This document shows positions 13,779 through 26,529 of a stretch of DNA of 64,000 nt, in pieces. The notes below the pieces were generated by a model. That model was not told the DNA's origin. It searched no databases and was given only the letters and a program-made list of their open reading frames with translations. A program made the position numbers and the translations under genes. The DNA is taken from positions 5,487 to 69,486 of the forward strand of contig CDMY01000475.1 of NCBI GenBank assembly GCA_001179505.1, read 5' to 3'. Origin of the DNA: Vitrella brassicaformis CCMP3155. Its lineage: Eukaryota > Protista > Chromerida. Numbering within the stretch: the first letter of the stretch is position 1; every line of letters begins with the position of its first letter.

Positions 13779-15264
13779 TTATGTGTGTGTGCGGTTGTAT
13801 TTCAATTCCTCTTTATCAAAATATTCCCCTGCTATTCTCTCTCTGTAATAAAACAGATGTTCCTCATATTTTGCGGGCCTCTGGGCGGTGGCACCGATCT
13901 TGCCGATGTCGAACTCGGCGAACAGCGGGTAATGGTCAGACGGATTCCTGATATATGGATGGGTGGATGGATGGACAGGCACCACACAGCCACACACACA
14001 TAGAGCAGCACATGGATGAGTGCGGCTGTGCATGACCCTGCCTGCCTGCCTGCCCCACTCACTCCTGATTGTGATGGTCTTTGCCGAAGTTGGCGTGGAT
14101 GTATGGGAGACCCTTCTTGGCGGCCTCGTCGTTGAGGATCTCGAACCGCGTCACGGCGTGGTACAGGTTCCGCGACACCAGCATGTGGTCCAGCTGGGAA
14201 CCTCTCTGAACACGCACACACACACGCACACCAAGGTCACATCCACGTGTGCGGGTGTTTACTGTTGTGCCTTTGTCTGTCTGCTGTCTGTCTTTCCCTC
14301 CTTCATGGAAGCAGACATAAATACCTCGCGGAAAATGTATGAGTATCGCTGCTCCTGGGGGATCTTCGGAGTGAGGGACCACATCTCCTTGTTGGTGCCC
14401 TTACGCTTCCTGTACACACACACACACACACACACACACAAAGGCGGCCGGGCAGGCAGGTCAATGGAGGGATGGATGGAGACATGTACGCATTGCATTG
14501 AATGCGTACCTCTCTCTCTGGGTCTCTCTCTCTGTGTTGTGTCTCTCTCTCTGTGTTGCGTGCATTAACACGGACGTACGTACCCGCTGGCCCCATAGCG
14601 AATGATCTGGAACACCCAGCTGACGGCCCAGTCCTTCTGCAGGTCTTTCCTGTCTGTTGACAAAGGCAGACACAACACACCAGAGCCTCCCGACCTTATC
14701 CCTCCCTCCCTCCCTTACGATATTTCGCCCTCTTCAAAGTAGTCTTCCGGGTTGTATCCGAGCTTCACGGTTGGGCTGGTGGCGTTGAAGCCGGTGAAGG
14801 GGATCTGCAGGGGATGGGCCGTGCCCTTGGGGTCGTCAATGTGGCGGACATCGCGCGTCTCCTCGGCCTGGTCGTCGAAATCGTTGAAGTCCCCCTGCAT
14901 GAGCGAATGAAGGACAACAACCACGGCATTCGCGTATGTCCGTACGGATGTCTTTGTGTGTGTAGTGCGTGTGTGTGTGGGTGAGTGGCGGTCTCACCAC
15001 CAGGATGATCTCGTGATGGTCTGGTATCTCCTTCCTGTGGCCATGGCCGGGAGGAAGCCGTGAGACATCAACAGAATTAAAGCAGACCGGCACATCAATG
15101 GAGATAGATGAGTGCGGTGCGTTGGTTGTATGTGTGTGCAGGTCTGTGTGTGCACGTCCCGTCACACGCACTCGATGATTTCGTCGAGAATACGGGCCTC
15201 GACCTCTCGATACATGCAGGAGTTAGCGTCTGCAGAACACACACGAGAAAACCTCTCTCCCTCC

Positions 15265-15301
<37 letters not shown>

Positions 15302-16914
15302 GTTACGCGATGGGATGGACTTGAGGTGGATGTTGATGACCGAGATCATCTGGCCGTTGACGTTGATGTCCATCCGGGCGTATTTGTTGAGAGCGATCCC
15401 CTCGGGTATCTTGCTGTAGTCGTAGTCCTTCCCACGCTCCACGCCCTTGTACTTCTGACACATCGGGTTCTGTGTGACGGGGAATCCGCCCGGCTTTATC
15501 CCGTCAAGCCTGCAGACACACACACACATCCACACAGACATGTGACGTGGATGTGCTGTGGTGGGATGAGCTGGGGGGCGTGTGTGTGTGGTGGTGGGAG
15601 GGTGTGTTGTTACTTGGTGACGAGGTCTTTGGTAGGTCTGATGCGCGATGCGAAGCCGACCTGCTGGTTGCTACGGAAGTCGCCACCCTGCGTAGCGAGC
15701 GGCAAGAGATACTAGATGTGCCTGTGGTACTTCGTGTACCTGGATATGGAACGGATCGAAGCCAACTTGGTCCAAACCAGAGTAGGCCAGCACATCCGAC
15801 AGACTGCGACACCCATCCAGCTGCAGAAACACAGACAGACAGACAGACAGACACACAGATGGAGAGAGAGAGAGAGAGAGAGAGTGCACCTCTCCGTTCC
15901 ATCCGTTTCTCCCTCCCCATGGACTAGCGAATGGGCTTACCTCCGAGAAAGTGACCAGGTCGAACTCGAGTTGGGTGTAGAAGTAGTTGAGCCATCGACT
16001 CACGTCGTTGATGCGCTTCCACTGGCGCATGCAGCCGTCGTGCGCATCACCTTCTACGTATTCGAGGCTAGCGGCGCTCTTGCACACTGTCATGTGTTTG
16101 GTCGCCGGGCGCTCCCCGTTGGCCACTCCGCCGAGAGCCTCGAACAAGGGTCGCGTGACGCACTCGGTGGCGTCCGGCGACCAGTCCTCGGGGCACTGCA
16201 TCACCTTCGCGAGTTGTTGCTCGGGCAACGTCTGCCACTCGGCTCTCCGGGACAGCGGGGAAAACAGCCACTCGACATTCTGAAACGCACTCGCAAGGAA
16301 GCAGACAGGCACCAAATACCTACCAACCAGTCGGCTCAGATCCATCCATCCATGCAAACCGCACCCATTCACCCACTCACCCAGTGGAAGAGCCGAAGGA
16401 TGTTATCCGTCTTGCCGCCGGACCTGCCGCGCTTCTTGTTGGCGTGTGGGCAGTCCTCTTTGGGCGGCCGCGGGGTCGCGCGCCCACGACGGGCTGATTT
16501 TCGTCATAGCTGTGCTCCGCGATGTGGATGAGGCTGCTGGCACCGTCGTCCACGAGCACCTCGGCCGTCTGCAGCGGCCTCTCTAACAGATCCACCGGCA
16601 GACCTGCACACACCACACCACAACGACTGCACAGAAACCGACCCAAGAAGGGAAGGATGCATCAGCCGAGCCAAGCCCACCATGGCTGTCCATGCCATCG
16701 TGTCGGCCAACAGCAGATACGGAGGAGCGGCCAACACCTGCAGCCATCCATCCATCCATCCGATACATCTCTATGTGTCCTTCATCTCCATCCATTTGCC
16801 ATTTCATTTCACCTCACCCCAGTCGATGGTTTCGCAGTCGGCACCGCGGCACTCCTCGGCAACGGTGGCCAGAAGAGAGGGCAGGGCCAGCAAAACCAAC
16901 AAAAACGCTATCAT
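13779..16914 (-). pseudogene. EEP paralog, copy B, with a +2 frameshift in exon 2 and a different C-terminus
   Basis: Same exon set as copy A, but tcgcgcgc versus tcgcgc at about 16478-16483 shifts the frame (VVGARPRGRPK vs VVGATPRPPK) before the NVEWLF exon. Also a 24-nt in-frame deletion. The catalytic motifs themselves are retained. Confidence 0.7.
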
Positions 16915-17434
16915 TCTTGTTGATGACGATATCTCGATCTTCGTATTTGGCTAGGTTGCTGTGAGGGTCGAGACTCTGGCCAGTATTTCGTCCATCCGCA
17001 GTGATCCGATGTGCACGCAGCGCCAGTACGTCGCAGGCCAGGCGCTTTTCCCCACCCGCCAACACGCAGAAACGTACGCAAGGCACTGACCCACACGACG
17101 GCCAGCCAAGCCAAGCCAAGCCAAGCCAACACACCCGACAATTCATTCCTCATTACTACCCGGCCAAGACACCACTAGCTAAAACCCTCTCACGCACAGT
17201 ACAAACAGGCAGACAGGCACGCACTGCACCTCCCTCGCCCCTCCCTCCCACCCGCCCGCCCGCCCTCCCTCACTTGTGTCTATCGTACACACATGTATGT
17301 ATGACATACACACACCATCACATCCACCAAAAAGACATACACTCACTCCACTCACTGCCGCACTGCCGACGCATCGCATCGCACCGCACTGCACCGCACC
17401 GCACCACACGACAGCACTCCACACTACCCCAGGG

Positions 17435-17964
17435 CTACCATTTTCTCCTCAGCACTCTCAAGGAGCTCATGCCGCTGTAGATGAGGAACCCCTTGCCGAT
17501 CCCGCCGCTGGCCGGGCTCTTCTTGGGCGTCATGAAGGACGGCAGGTACTGGTACATGCGCACCTTGGTCGCCCGCATCCCATGCGTCGCCGTCAGATAA
17601 GACGCCTCGCGGTACCTCGTCAGCCTATTCATCGACGAAGAACCCTCGCCGCTGGTATAGTGGATGGCACGGCTCAGCCGTGCCCGCACTCGCCCCAGTG
17701 TCGGCCCAGGGAGATGGATGACACTGCTGTTGTCTGCTGTCGGCGTTTCTGGCGCAGCGGTATCACTATCAGCAGCATCCGATGCGGTGTCGGTGCTGGT
17801 GTTGGTGGGTGCTGATGCCGTATCCTTCTTCTCGCCTGTCTTGCCCGATACATCAACCACAACTGTCTTGCTGCCAGCCGGTGCAGACGAATCCTTGTGC
17901 TGGTCGCCGGCACGTGGCTCGTCAGCCTTGCGTGGGCTGCGGGTCTCCTGTTTGCTGCTTCTGC

Positions 17965-17998
<34 letters not shown>

Positions 17999-18088
17999 TC
18001 CATCGTATGAGTATGTCCAGCTGAAGTACCATACGGCGAAGGAGCCCGCTGCACCGACCGCAACGCCGCGGATGAAGGGTCCCCACAT
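17435..18088 (-). CDS. Hypothetical 217-aa intronless protein with N-terminal membrane anchor and Ser/Thr/Asp-rich linker
   Basis: Uninterrupted ORF MWGPFIRGVAVGAAGSFAVWYFSW..., with a poly-Ser run and no intron-type microsatellites inside. Confidence 0.55.
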
Positions 18089-18660
18089 GACTTGACTGAA
18101 AGTAGGGGATGGGAAGGAGTGACTCGTTCAGCTCAGACAGCGCCTCATGGCTGCGGTGTGTGAGTCAGCAATGGGAGATGAATGATTCCTGAACGGAAGA
18201 TCACAACAGAGCAAACTCATGTCACGTGAGCCCTCGCGCTCACCCCTTCTTCTTGCGTCATTCACTGTGGTGCTTACATTCTTCTTGCGTCATCACCATC
18301 ATCTCCCGGCGCCAAAGCCTTCTTTCTTCATGCGAGCTTAGCTCGCAATCTTGGGTTTTGCCCCTTTGGCGTGGTTGAAGAGATACAGAGGGCTTGTCGT
18401 GGCAACCATAGTATCATTGTTCGTCATTTGATAGCCCGGCTGCCTCCAGCCCGCCTCAAGCAGCACAGATCTCTGCCTCTGCTGACCGACGTGACGCGCG
18501 GAGGATGCCTTGGCCTTGCCGTGTGTTATTATTGGAGCTCACCAGCTGAGCCACCTTGTGCGGGAGGCAGATCGAGTGGCGAACAGCAGATCTTGGACAG
18601 CCGAGCCTCACTCCGAGCCCTCCGTCTTTCTCCTCAGTGTCATACGAGGTGTATTGCAAA

Positions 18661-21600
18661 ATGAGGTGAGTGAGTGAGCGACACCTGCGTGACGTTGGCG
18701 TAGGACCCATCTGCCATCGTCTTCGGACGTCGTGTGATGTGTGTGTGTGTGTGTCAGTGGTCCTGCTCCAGTGGCGAACAGCAGATCCACCACAACAACC
18801 GACTCGCTGGATGAGGCCGACACCAACGGCGAGACCGACGCCGGCCACATGTACAGCCAGCTGCTGCCTGCAGACCTGCGGACGGGTGCCGGCATCTTGT
18901 TGGTCTGCATCTTCAACGAAGAGCCCTATGTGCTGCTGGCACTCAACACAGAATCTGACAAGTGGAGTGACTTTGGAGGTAGGAATGGGCCGAGGGGAGG
19001 GAGACTGGGCAGATGTGTGTGACAATCATTGTTGCCTCGCCTCGCCTCCCCTCTCTGCTGTGTGTGTGTGTTGTGTGCAGGGAAGAAGGGGCCCCATCAG
19101 GCCACGCATCTCGAAATCGCATGTGCTGAGCTCACCCAGCAGACCTCCGGCAGCCTCTCCATGACACCATCGGCACTCAGCGCGGCCGTGCGACACGACC
19201 AGGCCACCCCGTTCCCTTTGGGCCGCCGATCAGGCGACCAGCACTCACCGGCCGACGTCACCTCCACTGCCTATGTGTGTTTTGTGGTGCCCTGGCAGTG
19301 CGGCACCGCCACACTCGGCCATGCCAGCATACACGATCTCACAACAGCCCTCACGAGTCGTCTGCGGGAGGGGGACGGCGGCAGCCACACCAGCAGAATC
19401 GTCGCCATTTCCGTTGGGACCTTTCGCAACATGCTGCTGGGGGATGATGCGGAGGATCAGGACATGGACGAAGTGGATGCCACCGGCACCCTCCGGGACC
19501 ACCTGTATCGCCTGGGGGGCCGGCTCGCGGAGGCGCTGGGGTCAATCGTCCAGTGTGGCAAGTATGTGCCCTGTGAGAGTCTGACGTGTGTGGTGGGCGT
19601 GTCGAGTGCTGGGGATGAGCGTCAGATATGGCAGCATTGCGTCACGCAGCCAACCCTCGCCCGCATCCTCAGCTCGTTGATGCAGCACGTCCCTGCAGGG
19701 TAAGCAAAGCGGGTGCAGCATCACATATGTACCTAAATCACCGTCTGTGGTCTGTCGTGTCTGTGTGCATAATTATGTCAGCAAGGGAATGCTGGCTGTG
19801 AGGGTTGTGGTTCAGCACAAGCTCCTGATGGCGCTGGCGCGTGACGACAGCAAGCAGCCAAGTGTGTCGTTTGAGGAGATAGGTGCGGCGGCGAGTGTGG
19901 CGGGCTGCCATGGTGAGGCCATCGTCAGCGGATGGAAGAGCGTCCCGCCATCCTCACTCGCACTCGCAGGTCAGTCAGCACTGGGTGGGGTGGCTGAGTG
20001 AGTGAGTGGATGACTGGGCAGGGCAGATTGGGGCATCGTTTCTACGTTCTGTGTGTGCCTTCAATGCAGGTGGTGGTGGTGGTGAGGGTGAGGGTCTGAC
20101 TCTGGAGCCCTCCCAGGCCTTGATCGAGCTGCTGACGGCACTGGTGAGGGATAAAGCCCAGCAGATGGCCCGGCGGGCCATGTCACGGCGCATCAAAAGC
20201 GAGGATGACATGCGCAAACACGCCAGCCCCGCTCTTCGGCCATCAGTGCCACAGCCGCACAGCACCCCGCCATACACGGAGCTGCAGCCCGGCTCGCCCA
20301 GCTATGCGGAGCTGCTCCGACTGGCAGAGATCCGCGAGTTCCCGCACCGACCAAAAGTGTACCAGGTGGGGTGCGCTTGACAGCCACAGGACCGTCCAGT
20401 GATTGGTCTTGTCTTCGTCTCTGCTCAGGTCAACATGCCCGCTCGCCGAAGCGGTTTCCGTGCGTATCATGAGGCAAACAACAGCATTGTCCTAACGGCC
20501 TTCGTAAGCTACCAGCCAAGGACGGCAGGGGGATAGAGCCGACACAATCGGCGATGCCTCTCTGTCTCTCTGTGTGTGCTGTGTGTGTGTGTGTGTGGAC
20601 TGTGTTTGTCAGTACGGCTGTGTGTCCATCGACGAGGCACTCATTTTGGCAGAGGACGGGCCCGACGTCAGCCTCGCGACCGACGACGTCATCGAGGGAT
20701 TCTTCGCGCTCTGCCTGCCGTCGGTCGTCTCGGAGGACATCTGCCTTGTCCTCTCCATCGCACCAGGACACGCCTATCAGGGCGTCCCCCACACTCGCAC
20801 CCTGGCGGCCCTGCAGGCCCATGGGTGCGGCAGCGTGCAGACCAACATCGGATTCTACCTCGTCCACAAGGAGCAGGTGGGTATCATATAGACGGGCACA
20901 CCACATGGGACCCACACCACCCGGCCGTGCCATTTTCCTGCCAACATATATTGGGTTGAGTTTTCAGGTGTGTGTGGACTACCTCATCGTCAAGGACCCA
21001 TCGAGCTGCGAGACTTTCCCCGACGCCCTGCAGCCTCCCCCCGAGGAGTCTCGGGCATCCGAGCTGTGGCGGGCGTGGCATCAGGCGGAGCGACGCCGTC
21101 AGGGACACGCCAACAAGGCGGCCTCCAACAAGGACATCTACAGTGCGTGTGAGCAGGAGGTGCAGGACATCCTGGCGCAGGTCGACGGGGCGGCATCATC
21201 TGGTGGTGGCGGTGGGCTGATGCAGCAGGCTCGCCTGCTGGGCGGGCTGTGGCGCCGGCTCGAGTGGGCCGACAAGCACTACCTCGTCCAATCCTTCCCT
21301 GCCATGCGGAAGAAGACCGAGTTCGACGCCTTCATGAACCACTCGTCGCGCAATGTTTGCGTCATTACCGCGGCCACGGGCATCGGCAAGACTGTGGTGG
21401 TGCCACAGTGGACCCTCTCATGGCTGCAGACCCACCGGCCATCCGCCCTGACCGGCCCTGAGAAGGGCAGCAAGAAGCGTGTGGTGGTGCTGGTGCCTCG
21501 TCGGGAGCTCGCCAAGGAGCAAAGCCGCTTTGTGGCCGAGCTGCGAGGCGTCGGCCATGGACCTGGTGGCGAGGTGGGCTACGCCATCGGCTCACACCCC

Positions 21601-24600
21601 TACTACGACAACGAAACATCGCTCCTCTACGCCACGAGCGGGTATTTATTTTTTGCCCGGCATGTTTGTATCTGCACATGTATCTTGGTGTGTGTGAGCA
21701 TGTCATGCTGGCAGGTACTTCTGGCGGCTGACGTCGTCGTCCAGCCCCCAGCAGCTTGCGGCGGACTGGGCAGCTGTCATAGTCGACGAGGTGCACGAGC
21801 GGTGCCCCCAGAGTGACATGGTCATCCACAAGCTGCGGTCGCTCAAGTATGAGCTGGGCGACGATGCGCCGGTGGTCATCCTGCTGAGTGCCACCATCGA
21901 CATCGACTCATATCGGTCCTTCTTTGAGGAAAGCGACGTGCCCTTTAGTGCTATGGAATGGGTTAGTGAGGGTGGGAGGGAGGGAAGCAAAGGCAATAGA
22001 AACCATGCATGGGTCTGGTCTGCGGGAGAGCTGTCTTGCGTGTCTTGGTTGTATGTGTTAATGTGTGTTGTGTGTTGTGCAGCAAGACATGGACACGGTG
22101 TTCCCGGTGGACGTGCAGTATATGCCCATCCCTGAGGTCAAGGCGTGCGAGAAGACACGAGACGAGCTGCAGAAACAAGTGACTACAAAACCTCCACAAC
22201 ACGAGAACCATCCACAGACCATTCATTTATGTGTGTGTCGACAGGGATACTTCCACGGCTTCGCTCAAGCGGTCGTCCAGGCCATCCGCAAGGCGCCGGC
22301 ACTGGTCGACTCCACACACACCACCCCCTCTCGCCGCGCCCCTCGCCGTGGTTGCTTGGTCTTCGTCGCCACGCGCCCACAAGCGGAGACCCTGTGTGTG
22401 GCGCTGCAGCTGGCATTGCGTCAGGAAAAGGACCTGTTTGCTGAGGTCATGCCGTTCCACGCAGGCATGGACAGCCTCGACAAACAACAGGTAGGTACGA
22501 GCGGGCCCGTAGGTGGATCGGATCGTCCGTGGAATTCGCTCTCCCTTGGCCGTCCCGTGCAGGTGTTTGAGGAGGGCCCCACGCAGTCGGGCAGCGGGCA
22601 GGCCTGGCGGATTGTGGTGGCCACGACCATCGCCGAGTCTGGGCTGACGCTGCCGCATCTCGAGCTGGTGGTCGACTCAGGCAGAAAGTTCGTCAACGCC
22701 TTCGATCCCTCCCGACAGATGTTCATCCGAGGGTTTCAATGGATATCCAAGGTGAGCCCACACGCACACCTTCATCCGGCCGTTACTGTCCTCAGCCACA
22801 CCAATCACCGTGTTCTGTGCGTGTGGTCATTAGGCGTCGGCCGTTCAGCGTGCAGGTCGAGCTGGTCGCCTGAAGCCGGGTACGAGTGTCCGTCTGTTCA
22901 GCGAAACGCAGCTCGAGAACTTCCAGGCACGCTGCCCACACCCACAAGGACACACATGCATACAGAGTGTCATAGGATTGCATGCGACCCATGTCTGCAG
23001 ATGTACGACGACCCTGACATCAGCCAGTGTGATCCATCTCAGTTTCTCATTAGCGAGCTGGGCGCCCGGGGGCCAGGCGGTCGGCTGCCACATGCCCATC
23101 GAGCAGATCTTTGCCAAACTCCCCTACAACATCCCTCGCGACGGCCTGTGGACGACGCTCAAGTGCCTGGTCGACTTGGGAATGGTGACGCAGGACATCC
23201 ATATGGGCACCATTGCCCTCAGCGAGCTGGGCAGGAGCATCCACAACCTCCCCGTCGACCCCCGATGGGCCGGCTGCATCCTCTGCGCACACTCACACGG
23301 CTACCTGTCGCCCATGGTGAGGGTGGCCTGCCTCGGAGACCCACTTTCGTTCGACCGGTCCCTCAAGACCGCCAGGCGACTCCGCGACAACGGCTCGAGC
23401 TTCGACGACGGCGTGAGGGGCCTGGCGGACTTCGAGACCGTCCTGGCACTCTACGAGTCGTGGGAAGAAGGCAAGGTCTCCGCCGAGCAGCTCGGCGACC
23501 TCGTGGGTGACTTCGACAAGGCAAGCCGCCCACAACACAGACATCCATTCTCTGGCTTGCTGCTCACGTCTGTCCTTTCCATCTTCGTGTGTGTGCAGGT
23601 TGAGAGTGCGGCGCGAAACATCGAGGCGACCATCTACCGCTCCCACGGCTACATTGAGCCCCAGGGGCACACCGACCGGCTGACCTGTCTCCGCCACGCC
23701 TTCTTCAAGGGCTTCTCAGACCAAGCCTGCTACCCGGACGGGGACGAGGTGCGGCTCGTGCGGCCGCGCACCCACTCCCTCCGCGTGACCCTCGACAAAT
23801 CCCGAACAACACGAGTGTGGTGCGTGACCGACACCATCTACCTCTACACCTTCTTGACGGGCTTCCGCTCCTCGTCCGGCCCCGCCGAGATGGTCACCAG
23901 CGCAGTCGCGAGCGGACTCGTGGCGGTGCCAGCACAGGTAGCTGATTCGTGAGCACACGTCACGCGTGCATGCATGTGCAGATCCGATCCCATATTTGGT
24001 TCTTTCCTCCCTCTCTGTGTGTCTTGGTAAGTGGGTGGAAGACGCCGCATCAGCAGCGGGATGGTTTGACGACTGCAAGCGGGTTTTGGCTAGACGACGC
24101 GACACCGAGCAGCTTACCTTTGACGTCCCCTTCCAGTCTGGTCCACCTGCTGGCAGGGTCCCGCTGTTCCTGAAACACAAGGTAGGGAGGCCATCACACG
24201 AGAGAGAGAGAGAGGGGAAGGCAACCACGAATTCTCATCCCGGTTGTATGTGCCTCCCTCTGTGCAGCTTCCTCTCATCCAGCGTGATTTCGCCTTCGTC
24301 AAGATCCAGAAACCGACCCTGGTCCCCAACAGCAACCACGCCATGCCGACCTTTCATGTGACGGCCCCTCGGGCGGCCCAAGCCGCGGTCACACAGCGCA
24401 TCACTCGCGACATGGACAGCCTCGCGCTGGCGGTGTCGAGGGTCCCTTGGAGCGAGGCCACCGTCGACCTGGCGGGGCTGCGTCAGATCGAGGACACACT
24501 TGTGGATGAGGCCAACCGGCTGCTGGAGCGGAGCAATATCGATCCATATCGGCTGACGGTCAGCCAGACACAGATACAGACACCTATCTGCATCCATGGC

Positions 24601-25307
24601 GATCCCTGCCTCTGATGGATGCGTGTGTGTAGGTGAACGGAACTCCATTGAACCACGCCTGGCACCACATGACGGACCTCTGTGTGCGGTCAATCAAGCT
24701 GGCGCTGCCCTACCTCAAGCGCCGCGCTGAGCGAATGCTAAGCGCACACACAGACACACACGCACACACACACACACACGCGCACAGAGAGAGAGAGAGA
24801 GAGGGAAAGATTGTGTGTGCCCTCCTCTATGTGTCGCGCAGCTGGCCAGCCGGGCCCCCATATATATATCATCGCCCACCCTCCGCCCCCTCGATGGCGG
24901 GCAGGAGAGCCCTGAGGAGTCCTGGCGTCGTGCGATGCTGTGTGACGGGCTGAGGAGCTCTGCGGGCATGCGCGACGACTCGGGCTGGGGCGACTCGGAG
25001 GAGGCTCGTATCATGGCCTGCATATCCCACTTCATCTCGCACCACACGCAAGTAAGCACATGAGACGAGACGTGTGAGCGAATGGGTCTGTCAACGGGTG
25101 GGTGCATGGGGGGAGTGTCTGTGTGTGTGGTTTGTTCAGTTGTTTGTGTATGGCGACTTTGTCGGGCGGTATGTCATTGCCGGCGAGCACCCGGGAACCA
25201 CACTGACCATCGGCTTCGACACCCATCACGGCAAGCCGCCCAACCCCACTCTCTCACCCCCTGTGGGATCTGCCGAGGACGCCATGGAGGAATGGAGTGA
25301 GCACTAA
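18661..25307 (+). CDS. Multidomain protein: degenerate Nudix fold + degenerate PARP/ART-like fold + DEAH-box RNA helicase (RecA1, RecA2, HA2) + C-terminal extension
   Basis: In-frame splicing from ATGAG|gt at 18661 through Nudix-like GAGILLVC...KWSDFGGKKGPHQATHLEIACAELTQQTSG and PARP-like KVYQVNMPARRSGFRAY...LTAFYGC...FYLVHKEQVCVDYLIVK. Helicase motifs AATGIGKT, VLVPRRELA, VIVDEVHER, LSAT, VATTIAESGLT and QRAGRAGR; HA2-like LSELGRSIHNLPVDPRWA. One apparent frameshift at 23068-23072; the 3' end may extend to about 25755. Confidence 0.85.
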
Positions 25308-26529
25308 ATGAGGCGCACACAGGGGGAGGGACCAATGCGAGCAGCGCAACACCTTCTCCCTCTGCCGTGTGTTCTCATCTCAGATCGTGTGGTGGATTGG
25401 GCGTCGAGCAACGATGTGTTTCGCGTAGACGAGATGATGCGCCGCGGCCGACACACGGACGTCTTCCACGTCACGGACCCCATCCGGCCGCTCCCTCTCC
25501 ATCCACCTCACCAACTGCGCATCGCTGCGCGACGAGTGCGGGCACCCCGAAACAGAAATCCAGGCGCTGCAGCTAGGGAGCGATGGGCGTGTGGCGCTGC
25601 GTGTTGGTGACCCCTCTGTGGTCGGCGTGTGCGGGTGTCTGAGTGAGGTGCTGGCACGTGTGCGAGTCAAGTGTGTGAGGGTGGTGAATCCGATGGTGTT
25701 TGGTGGGCAGGAGGGGCGGGAGAGATGGCAAGCACGGGGGTGGACAGTAGAGTAGATGAGATGGGCAGGGGTGGAATTGGAATTGGGGGTCAGGGCTGAC
25801 ACTGGTCTGATATTGTAGCTGGCTCTCTGCCTCCATTCATTCACTCATTCATTCATTCATGCATTCATTGGGGTATGACGTCTGGAGGGCATCCCTCCAC
25901 CCATCCGTCTCTGCCTTGCTGCTTGGAGCTCGTCTGTGGGGCCTCTCCCGCTCTGTCGGTGCTTGTGCGTACGTTCGTGCGGTGCGTCCATATGGGTGGG
26001 TGGGTGTATACAGTGACATTTATACACTTCCGCGCCTCCCTATGTATGTCTTGACATTCATTCGTTCATTCCATCTAGCTATATATCTCCGCGTAGATAG
26101 ATAGATATATATGTATGTGCATACGACGACCGAACAAATGATTCGTACATACGTACGTACGTACGTACGTGTGTCCATGTACGTATTATGTATACATTGT
26201 GTGTACGGGTGTTTTCCTTCGTGTTTCTTTATTTGTACGGATTGATTCCAATGGATTGATTGATGCGTGCTGTGTGTGTGTGTCCTGGATGGACGGATGG
26301 ATGGATGGATGAATGGATAGATGGATCTCCCTCGCTGTCCTTGGAGCAAGATGTTTTATCCGGGAGTGCTCAGCTGCGTGATTCGACGCCAAATGCCAAC
26401 CATATTCACACAAATACACACACACACACGCACTCACACATACGAAAAGAGCTCACCAACAAACCAAAAAAGTCGCTCACGTCTAGCAAAACTATCAATC
26501 AGCGCGGAAAGCATCCGTGCGTCCGTCCG

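Larger units (their letters stand above)
9381..17080. repeat. Tandem segmental duplication, about 3.6 kb unit (approx. 9381-12975 and 13486-17082)
   Basis: Near-identical exons, introns and 3' flank, e.g. gtgtcatatatgaacac...gggatcct.gttaaacgaaaacgtccctccatcagtcctcatgc at about 9390 and 13495. Offset about 4.1 kb. Confidence 0.95.

Noticed and set aside
9381-17080. Repeated blocks as a CRISPR array or transposon
   Set aside because: The repeats are whole intron-containing gene copies; no repeat-spacer periodicity, TIRs or transposase.
18661-25307. Prokaryotic anti-phage operon or viral insertion interpretation of the Nudix/ART/helicase region
   Set aside because: The region has many host-style spliceosomal introns and host-like composition, so it is a resident eukaryotic gene, whatever the ultimate origin of its domains.
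25308-25755. Separate gene downstream of the helicase
   Set aside because: Two overlapping partial frames without a convincing start; more likely a frameshifted 3' extension of the helicase gene or UTR.
26146-26172. Self-complementary (TACG)n run, similar at about 39367-39410, as a hairpin or terminator
   Set aside because: Simple microsatellite in 3' intergenic DNA; no other support.
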